From the IMG/VR virus record IMGVR_UViG_3300045988_105566: a stretch of DNA of 49,654 nucleotides; one strand, written 5' to 3'. Below, one piece after another: positions 8,971 through 15,655 of this stretch. Position 1 is the first letter of the stretch. Each line of letters starts with the position of its first letter. A program made the translations under genes and the position numbers. This stretch comes from a virus. Below the pieces are notes generated by a model. It made no database searches, was not told where the DNA came from, and saw nothing but the letters and a program-made list of their open reading frames with translations.

Positions 8971-9180
8971 CTACTGCTTTTGAGAGAGCCATAAATCCCG
9001 CTTTGCGCGGCAGCTATCGAGGGATACCCCGACGCAGGAGAAAAGCTCGCCGCTCTCCGTGCGGTAGTCGTATTGCCATCTTTTGACCGTTTTCCGGCCG
9101 ATTTTGGCCGTGAAACTTGTGTAGTTCTCTCGCCCCGGCTGGCAGACGGAACACCCGTTTACGTTGATTGAATTTGCCAT
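8971..9180 (-). CDS. DUF3873-like small protein
   Basis: WQYDYRTESGELFSCVGVSLDSCRAKRDLWL matches the recalled QYDYR..GELFS....CR..RD.WL pattern of Bacteroidales conjugative-element proteins. Confidence 0.5.
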   Translation of the reverse strand: MANSINVNGCSVCQPGRENYTSFTAKIGRKTVKRWQYDYRTESGELFSCVGVSLDSCRAKRDLWLSQKQ

Positions 9181-9208
9181 TGTTGAGTTGAATTTTTAAG
9201 GTTTGCGA

Positions 9209-9427
9209 TTATTGCTCGGCCTCGAAATCATCGACGATCTCGAATGCGTCGGTTTTGAGGGCCGTGTCCGGTTCCCCGTCGAACTCGTTGTTGTTCTTCG
9301 TGCAGAGCCTCATATTCTGATGCGAATAGTCCAAACTTATATCCACGACATACGTCCCTTTCTGCGTTTGGAATACCTCCCGATCCCATGAATCGAATCC
9401 TACATGCTTGATTTTGATCTTTTCCAT
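9209..9427 (-). CDS. Hypothetical 72-aa protein
   Basis: Same-strand packing. Confidence 0.5.
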   Translation of the reverse strand: MEKIKIKHVGFDSWDREVFQTQKGTYVVDISLDYSHQNMRLCTKNNNEFDGEPDTALKTDAFEIVDDFEAEQ

Positions 9428-9435
9428 ACTTGCGA

Positions 9436-9654
9436 TTATTTGAGATTATTTTTCAACCAAACCCTATCGACCTCCCACAAGGGCAGGCCCTTGATGATTT
9501 TCCGACGGATCACCTCTTTCATGCCAATCAAATCGGCCGCTTTGATATGGAGGGTAATGTCGCCGAATTTCTGCGCTCTTTCGAGGAGGAAGTCCGCCAT
9601 TTGGGACTTCCATTCATGCAGGCTTTCCGCCTTGGCCTGTCTTGCTTTATCCAT
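9436..9654 (-). CDS. Hypothetical 72-aa protein
   Basis: The internal start MDKARQ at 9654 abuts the stop of the upstream gene (9657). A motif variant lies at 9660..9668. Confidence 0.5.
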   Translation of the reverse strand: MDKARQAKAESLHEWKSQMADFLLERAQKFGDITLHIKAADLIGMKEVIRRKIIKGLPLWEVDRVWLKNNLK

Positions 9655-9656
9655 GA

Positions 9657-10025
9657 TTATGCGTTGATTAGGTTCATTATCTGTTCGAGCTTTCTTTCGA
9701 GAGCGTATCGCTTTTCGCACTCTTCCGCATATTTCTTGTAAAACTCATCGTGCTTGGCCTTTTCCGCGTAATACTTATCCTGATAGGACGTTGCGAGTTC
9801 TACCTGCCGATCATAGCTCTCTTTTTGCACTCTGATCTTTTTCTTCAATTCGGCGATTTCGATCACCATTGACCGGGAAAGATCGAGATGCCCTTTCTTG
9901 GTGGCGAATGGTTTGCAGAACTCGTCCTTGTCCTTATCCGAGGACATATACACCCCGTTCCATACCTCAAAAATTCCGTCCGATACATTCAAGCCAACTC
10001 TTTCGGTAAACTCTTCTCGTGTCAT
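9657..10025 (-). CDS. Hypothetical coiled-coil protein, first gene of the leftward operon
   Basis: 122 aa, with a K/E-rich heptad-like C-terminal half. Confidence 0.55.
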   Translation of the reverse strand: MTREEFTERVGLNVSDGIFEVWNGVYMSSDKDKDEFCKPFATKKGHLDLSRSMVIEIAELKKKIRVQKESYDRQVELATSYQDKYYAEKAKHDEFYKKYAEECEKRYALERKLEQIMNLINA

Positions 10026-10211
10026 AGCCTATTATAAATTTTGGTCGTTATTTATTACTTATTAAGTATCTGTTTGATGATGCAAATATATAGCCAACTA
10101 TTATAGTAAGCAACTTTTTTCGCAGAAAAAGTGCGCTCAAAATCAGTCAAAAACGTGTATTTACGGATAACTATATCATAACCACACAGATAATTTTTGT
10201 CGAAATTTTAG

Positions 10212-10241
10212 ATACCTAATAGATATTTTTCATTACCTTTG
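10212..10241 (+). promoter_or_regulatory. Late-operon promoter: near-palindrome ATACCTAATAGATAT plus a TAccTTTG -7 box
   Basis: TAnnTTTG at 10234..10241, 36 nt upstream of ATG 10277. About 27/32 identical to the cassette at 29123..29155. Confidence 0.55.
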
Positions 10242-10276
10242 TCCGTAACGATACGTTTTAACAATTTTTTTCGACT

Positions 10277-10867
10277 ATGAAAAAGAAATTTCGCAAGCTC
10301 TTATCCGAAAAATGCAAGGATATGGGACTGACTGACAAGGCACTCGACGACCTCGTAGAGATCGGGGCGGAGGGTCTTGCCGACGATGCCTCGGACGAAG
10401 ACATCGCCGCGAAAGTGGATTCGCTCGTGCCCTATGCAAAGGCAATGCAGGGGGAGATCACGAGGAAGACGCAACGTCCGAAACCGCAATCAAAGAAACC
10501 GCAATCCAACGACGAGGGCGAAGATGAGGGCGGAAATGAAGATGAGGCCCCCGAATGGTTCAAGCCTTTCCAAAAAAAATTGACCGATCTCGAAACCGAG
10601 AACGCCGCGCTCAAAGCGGAAAAGGCAAAGACCACGCGACAGGCCGAAATCTCGGCAAAGGCTAAAAAGCTCGGAATCCCCGACTACCTGATGAAGCGAG
10701 TCTCATTCGCAGAGGATGCAGACCTCGACAAGGAGCTGGCGGATTACAAGCAGGAGTTAGTCACCAACAACCTCATGCCCAAGGAGCAGGCGCATGAAAC
10801 AGGAAGTAGCAAGGAGGCAATGGAAGCCGACGCCAAGGCTTGGGCCGAAAGTCTTCCCAACAAGTAA
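10277..10867 (+). CDS. Capsid scaffolding protein
   Basis: 196 aa, highly charged and coiled-coil, with an acidic/Lys-rich linker. Lies immediately upstream of the capsid genes. Confidence 0.6.
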   Translation: MKKKFRKLLSEKCKDMGLTDKALDDLVEIGAEGLADDASDEDIAAKVDSLVPYAKAMQGEITRKTQRPKPQSKKPQSNDEGEDEGGNEDEAPEWFKPFQKKLTDLETENAALKAEKAKTTRQAEISAKAKKLGIPDYLMKRVSFAEDADLDKELADYKQELVTNNLMPKEQAHETGSSKEAMEADAKAWAESLPNK

Positions 10868-10905
10868 CAGCTCCGAATCATTCACCCCTTAAATTGATTG
10901 CAACA

Positions 10906-11544
10906 ATGGCTATTGATTTCAAGAAAACGCAGCTATCGGGCCACACGCCCGAAATTTGGCGCGGCGAGTGCAAGATTCTGCCGGGCGGCTTCAAGCCGGT
11001 GCAGAACTTCCCCGTCGGAACGGTGTTGCATCGGGGAACTCCTATCTATGTCGATTTCGAGGCGATGAGTGCCGCCGTTTGCAAGACCGCCAAGGTTCTC
11101 AAAGGAGGCACGACCACCGCGCCCCGCGTCGCCAAAGGGCATTACTTCGTCGCAGGCGACGTAGTAATGAAACTCGGAGTAACCGACAAATCCCCGATCA
11201 TCAAGTCCATCGACACGGCCAATGCCGGGTACGATGTCATCACGTTCGCATCCGCCATCGCAGGGCTGGCCGAGGGCGACATCCTCGTAGAGGCAACCGA
11301 ATATGCCGAAACAGGCGGAGGTTCGGGTTCCGACCCCATCCCTGCCGCGCCTCGCTATACACCCAACATGGTTGTCGGAGCGGCCAAGGAGTTCACCGGA
11401 AAGGGCCTCCCGACGATTGATGCCGCATACGAGGCGGTAGTCCTCTATCCGAGCCTGAACTTCCCTTTGCTGGAAGACTGGCTCATCAATCCCGGCAAGG
11501 TATGCCTCAAAGCAAACCCGAACATTCTGTTCATTAAACAGTAA
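10906..11544 (+). CDS. Head-associated protein (decoration-like), between scaffold and major capsid
   Basis: First ATG (MAIDFKK) after the scaffold stop. The call rests on position only. Confidence 0.4.
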   Translation: MAIDFKKTQLSGHTPEIWRGECKILPGGFKPVQNFPVGTVLHRGTPIYVDFEAMSAAVCKTAKVLKGGTTTAPRVAKGHYFVAGDVVMKLGVTDKSPIIKSIDTANAGYDVITFASAIAGLAEGDILVEATEYAETGGGSGSDPIPAAPRYTPNMVVGAAKEFTGKGLPTIDAAYEAVVLYPSLNFPLLEDWLINPGKVCLKANPNILFIKQ

Positions 11545-11549
11545 CGATC

Positions 11550-12656
11550 ATGCCCGAAATTCTTTATAGCTCAATCTTTGGCGCATTGACGCAGCACGTA
11601 CAAGCTCGCTTCGATGCCGCCTCGAAACTGCACAAGCAGCTTTTCGACAACGTAATCTTCGAGCGTTTCCTCGACTGGGACACCCCGACTATCGGCCTCG
11701 ACTTCGAGGAGATCATCGGTCAGTACAACATCACTGTTGCTGCTCCGACCATCGGCGATCAGTCGAAAGAGGCTATCCTCGGTACGGAGGGGTTGGAAAC
11801 CGTGAAAGAGCGCATCCTCAATCATGCCGTAACGCTGCCGATGACGATTCAGGACTATCGTAAGGTTCTGCAAATCCTCGACAGCAAGTCGCTCCCCGAC
11901 AAGGCAAAGACGGAGCAGCTCATCAAACTGATGTGGGGCAGTTCGACGACGGTCGTAAGTTCCGTTCTCGCAAAGCTCGACATCCTGTTCCTGCGCCCGC
12001 TCTCGAACGAGGGTATCGTCGAACTCGACGACAACATCAACCCCGAAGGTGGCGTGCGCGGCACGATCAACTTCAACCAGCCCGCCGAGAATATCGCGTC
12101 GTCCAAAACCCCGTGGACGGATGCCAATCTCGACACGGTGGACTGCTTCGAGGACGTGCAGGGCATCATCGACGCCGCACAGGACAAAACCGTATTCGGC
12201 AAAATCCTCTGCGCTCCGTCGCGCATCTCCTACATGTGCCGCAGCAAGAAGATCAAGCAGATGATCTGGGGAACCGACAAATCTGCGAAGATCGTGCAAC
12301 TGAAAGACCTGAACGCCTATATGCAGGAGAACAGCTACCCTGTTTTCGAGCCTATCCGCCGTCAGGTTCGCATTCAGAAAGGCAAACTCCGCGTCCCCTA
12401 TACGCCGTGGAACGAGAAGAACATGGTTTTCATTCCCGACGGCAAGCTCGGCATCGTCAAAAACGCATGGGCGAACAACGAGCTGAAACAGGAGGCCGGA
12501 GTAGCGTACTCCAACTACGGGCGTATCCGCGTCTCGCAATGGGGCGTGGGCGAAACGCAGGGTAGCAACGGCGTTGAGTTCACCAAGGCCGAATCGCTCT
12601 CGTTGCCCGTAATTACGGAAATGAACGGCATCTACACCCTCAAAACGCAGCAGTAG
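11550..12656 (+). CDS. Major capsid protein (lambda gpE-like)
   Basis: 368 aa. Position after the scaffold and a C-terminal pattern reminiscent of the capsid protein E family (by eye). Confidence 0.7.
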   Translation: MPEILYSSIFGALTQHVQARFDAASKLHKQLFDNVIFERFLDWDTPTIGLDFEEIIGQYNITVAAPTIGDQSKEAILGTEGLETVKERILNHAVTLPMTIQDYRKVLQILDSKSLPDKAKTEQLIKLMWGSSTTVVSSVLAKLDILFLRPLSNEGIVELDDNINPEGGVRGTINFNQPAENIASSKTPWTDANLDTVDCFEDVQGIIDAAQDKTVFGKILCAPSRISYMCRSKKIKQMIWGTDKSAKIVQLKDLNAYMQENSYPVFEPIRRQVRIQKGKLRVPYTPWNEKNMVFIPDGKLGIVKNAWANNELKQEAGVAYSNYGRIRVSQWGVGETQGSNGVEFTKAESLSLPVITEMNGIYTLKTQQ

Positions 12657-12658
12657 CC

Positions 12659-12994
12659 GTGGATAACCTTACCGCAACGAGGAGTTTGTGCAATGCGATA
12701 GCAAACACATTCTATCCTGATAACGCGACCATCGAATTTGCGCTCTTCAACGAGGGCATCGACGCAAAGGCCGAGGCGACCCCGAAAGACCCTATGATCT
12801 TTCGGGTTGCCGCCCGCCTTGTCATCGGATATGTCGAAAACAGCCGCTCCGAGAACGGCGTATCGACCTCCGTAATGAGCGAGGAAGCCCTCAAACAGAG
12901 CCTTTCGATTTGGTGCGGCTATTATGGTCTCAATGCGGATGAGGTTCTTTCCGACTATATGCGCGTGATCGAGGACGGCACGCATCTATGGTGA
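12659..12994 (+). CDS. Head-tail connector protein (putative)
   Basis: 111 aa, GTG start. Positional call. Confidence 0.45.
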   Translation: MDNLTATRSLCNAIANTFYPDNATIEFALFNEGIDAKAEATPKDPMIFRVAARLVIGYVENSRSENGVSTSVMSEEALKQSLSIWCGYYGLNADEVLSDYMRVIEDGTHLW

Positions 12995-12995
12995 T

Positions 12996-13307
12996 ATGAG
13001 ATACAACGGCACATTGCGCTACGAGATACTCACCGAGGGCGGTATCGACGAATGGGGCGAGCCTATCAAGGCACAATCCGCATGGAGCGAGGCTATCCCC
13101 TGCTCCATCAAGACCAACAGCGATAACCGCAAAGGGCGTTACGAAGACGGCGAATTTCGGCAGGCTTCGTTTACGATCCTTGTTGAGTGCATCCCTTTCC
13201 CCTACAATCGGGTGAAACTCGAAAGGATGGGCGAAAATCTCGGCGAATACCGCGTGATGAACGCCGAACCTCTCACCACCGTAGGCAGAACTCAAATCGT
13301 GGTGTGA
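12996..13307 (+). CDS. Head closure / head-tail adaptor (putative)
   Basis: 103 aa. Positional call. Confidence 0.45.
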   Translation: MRYNGTLRYEILTEGGIDEWGEPIKAQSAWSEAIPCSIKTNSDNRKGRYEDGEFRQASFTILVECIPFPYNRVKLERMGENLGEYRVMNAEPLTTVGRTQIVV

Positions 13308-13308
13308 T

Positions 13309-13797
13309 ATGGCGAAAGTCGCTACCTCGCACGGCAAATACAAGGGCGTCATCGTCAGCAAAACGGACATGCGCAAGCTGAAAGCCGGATTGCAGGCCAA
13401 GATGAAAGACATCGTCGCCTTGCTCGTGAAGCAACTCTCTTTCATCGGGGAGGAGTGCATACGAATCGCCCGCGAGAGTGGCAGCTACAACGATATTACC
13501 GGCAATTTGAGGTCATCAATAGGCTATGTGGTGCTTGTGGACGGGAAGCCCGTCGTGACGGGAGCCTCGAAGCAATACAGCGGCAAGGATGGCAACGGCG
13601 AAGCCGGCCCGCCCGCCGCCGAAGCATTGCTCCAAAGTCTGCAAGCGAAATTTCCGTGGGGCGTGGTTCTGATCGTCTGCGCAGGCATGAAATACGCCGC
13701 GTATGTCGAAGCAGTCCACCACAAGGACGTTCTCACCTCCGCCGAGTTGAAAGCCGAATCGCTTGCCAAGAAATTACTCAACGGTCTAATCGAATAG
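13309..13797 (+). CDS. HK97 gp10-like neck/tail-completion protein
   Basis: TGNLRSSIGY ... YAAYVE pattern recalled from the HK97 gp10 family. Confidence 0.55.
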   Translation: MAKVATSHGKYKGVIVSKTDMRKLKAGLQAKMKDIVALLVKQLSFIGEECIRIARESGSYNDITGNLRSSIGYVVLVDGKPVVTGASKQYSGKDGNGEAGPPAAEALLQSLQAKFPWGVVLIVCAGMKYAAYVEAVHHKDVLTSAELKAESLAKKLLNGLIE

Positions 13798-13801
13798 CGA
13801 G

Positions 13802-14209
13802 ATGATAAAAACGGAGATGCAGATTGAGCGGGATTTCTATTCTTTCGTCAAGAATAGCGACCTCGGAAAGGCCATCAAAGGAAAGGTTTACCGACCCGAA
13901 ATGCGCCCTGCCAATGCCACGACGGAGGATTTGATCGTCAAGTTCCTCGCAGGACTTGATGAACAGGTACAAACGGGCGTGGTGATCTTCAATCTCTATG
14001 TCCCCGATATACCTCATGCCGACGGCCGGATGGTTCCCGACAAGAACCGCATCGGCAAGTTGGAGGAGCTGCTTCTCGCATTCGTAGAAACCGCAGGTGG
14101 TACGGAATACTGGCTCGAAACCGATACGACACCGACGACGATGCGCAACGAGGAAATAGAGCAGCATTTCATATACGCAAGAATCAAGTTTAACCGCATA
14201 ACAGAATAG
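13802..14209 (+). CDS. Tail terminator/completion protein (putative)
   Basis: 135 aa, directly upstream of the major tail gene. Confidence 0.4.
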   Translation: MIKTEMQIERDFYSFVKNSDLGKAIKGKVYRPEMRPANATTEDLIVKFLAGLDEQVQTGVVIFNLYVPDIPHADGRMVPDKNRIGKLEELLLAFVETAGGTEYWLETDTTPTTMRNEEIEQHFIYARIKFNRITE

Positions 14210-14213
14210 GATT

Positions 14214-14741
14214 ATGGCAAAGAAAATCATCATGTCGTGGTCGAAGTGCAAAATCGAAGTCGGCAAGACCGGCGACGACGAGGCGATGGCCGCCACTCTG
14301 ACCGATGTAGGGACGATCAACGACAAATCGACGACGCTTGCCACCGAGGACGGCGAAACGCTGACCGCAACGGCAACGGGCGGGATCGTGGTTGCCGAAG
14401 AGGAGGGCGAGCCGGTCGTTACCCTGACGACCCGCGTCAAGGAGATGGACTTCGACAAGGAAAAGATGTTCAACGGGGCAGAGGTCTCGGAGGACGGCGA
14501 CGAGCTGACCGTCAAGACCAACGTCGTATCGGACGACTTTTCCGTGAAGCTCACGCCCAAGAATATCGGTGCTATCGGCATCAAGATTCGTCGGTCGCAT
14601 GTTTCGTTCCGACCGGGCAGCTCCGAGGAGGAAGGATCGTATGTCGATCTCACGTTCAAGGTGCTCGCCTGCTCCGACGGGGAGCTTTACAAGAAGTTCC
14701 GCGTCAAGGCCGCAGACTGGGCCGCGCAAGCAGGGGCATAA
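14214..14741 (+). CDS. Major tail protein (siphovirus-type, putative)
   Basis: 175 aa, T/V/E-rich and beta-like. Lies upstream of the chaperone pair and tape measure. Confidence 0.55.
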   Translation: MAKKIIMSWSKCKIEVGKTGDDEAMAATLTDVGTINDKSTTLATEDGETLTATATGGIVVAEEEGEPVVTLTTRVKEMDFDKEKMFNGAEVSEDGDELTVKTNVVSDDFSVKLTPKNIGAIGIKIRRSHVSFRPGSSEEEGSYVDLTFKVLACSDGELYKKFRVKAADWAAQAGA

Positions 14742-14802
14742 CATCGCAAGATGCTGACAAGCGGAAAGACGCCCTTTGCGGTTGGAGGAGAAACCGCAAT
14801 CC

Positions 14803-14887
14803 GGAGGGTTGGCAGAGTGGCTGAATGCACCTCACCGCTAACGAGGCAAGCCGTCAGGCTTCGGAGGTTCGAATCCTCCACCCTCCG
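14803..14887 (+). tRNA. tRNA-Ser (anticodon GCU), type II with long variable arm
   Basis: Hand-folded. Acceptor GGAGGGT/ACCCTCC 7 bp; D stem 3 bp; T arm GGAGG-TTCGAAT-CCTCC; variable arm AGCC-GTCA-GGCT; anticodon loop CCGCTAA. CCA is not encoded. Position 33 is C and the pair closing the anticodon loop is A.C. Confidence 0.8.
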
Positions 14888-14903
14888 CAATTTTATTCAG
14901 AAT

Positions 14904-15422
14904 ATGGAACAGACTACTATCGAAAGCCGCGTCGCATCGGCCATACTCGAAAGAAATGTAGGGAATATCGAGATTGAGGGTGTCACCTACGAAATAGCGC
15001 CGCCGTCTATCGCAACGCTCATCGTCGTTTCGGAGTTCATCGCCTCCCTCCCGATTGTGGAGAAAGTGGAGAAAACCGAGATCGTAAATTCCGTACTGCA
15101 TCATGCGCGGTTTTTCCGGCCTCTCGGCGACATCGCGGCGACGCTTATCCTCGGAGCGAAGAGCCTCACCGAGGAGCGCGTCGTCGTGCAGGAGAAACGC
15201 TATTTGTTCGGTCTCATCAAGCGCAAGAGCAAGAAGAAAATCAAGATCGACAAACGGGCGGAACTCGCCAAAGCCATTTTAGAGAACGTCCGTCCGACGG
15301 TTCTGTTCAACGTCGTCGTACAACGGCTTCAAGACATGGAGATCAGCAGTTTTTTCGCCATTACCACTTCCCTGTCAGAGGCGAATATCCTCAAACCGAC
15401 AAAGGAAGTGGTAAAAGGCTGA
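14904..15422 (+). CDS. Tail assembly chaperone (gpG-like)
   Basis: First ATG after the tRNA (MEQTTIES). Lies immediately upstream of the tape measure. Confidence 0.6.
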   Translation: MEQTTIESRVASAILERNVGNIEIEGVTYEIAPPSIATLIVVSEFIASLPIVEKVEKTEIVNSVLHHARFFRPLGDIAATLILGAKSLTEERVVVQEKRYLFGLIKRKSKKKIKIDKRAELAKAILENVRPTVLFNVVVQRLQDMEISSFFAITTSLSEANILKPTKEVVKG

Positions 15423-15655
15423 ACGACAGCATTTGGGCTACCGTTCTCGGAATCGCAAGAACGCTCGGAGTAACAGAGAAATACGCTTTATACGACATCA
15501 GTTATGTAAACGCGATCATGTATAGCCGTGCAATGCCGATGCCCGGCGACAAAGGCGAGAACGGCAACGCGCCGCTTTACGATGGCAGTAAAGACGCGAA
15601 TAACCCTGAAAATTTCACGGATTTCACAGATGACGAGGAGATTGTAAGAATATGA
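15422..15655 (+). CDS. Start-less -1 frame extension (gpT-like part of a G/GT frameshift product)
   Basis: The -1 frame stays open from well inside 14904..15422 through 15655 (NDSIWATVLGIARTLG...DDEEIVRI) and has no plausible start of its own. It ends overlapping the tape-measure ATG. The slip site was not identified. Confidence 0.45.
   Translation, partial: NDSIWATVLGIARTLGVTEKYALYDISYVNAIMYSRAMPMPGDKGENGNAPLYDGSKDANNPENFTDFTDDEEIVRI

Noticed and set aside
10840-10905. 5' extension of the head-associated ORF overlapping the scaffold gene end
   Set aside because: It overlaps the scaffold stop region. The first ATG after the stop (10906, MAIDFKK) gives a non-overlapping gene.
11571-12539. 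322-aa minus-strand ORF
   Set aside because: Antisense to the major capsid gene within a uniformly plus-strand late operon. Low-complexity R/D/V-rich translation.
14835-14841. Reading the tRNA anticodon loop as a CUA amber suppressor (the loop contains ...GCTAAC...)
   Set aside because: No 7-nt loop register puts CTA at positions 34-36 with a pyrimidine at position 33 and a paired stem. All genes terminate normally with the standard code, so there is no sign of stop-codon recoding.
14751-14903. 5' extension of the chaperone ORF
   Set aside because: It overlaps the well-folded tRNA at 14803..14887. The first ATG after the tRNA is 14904.
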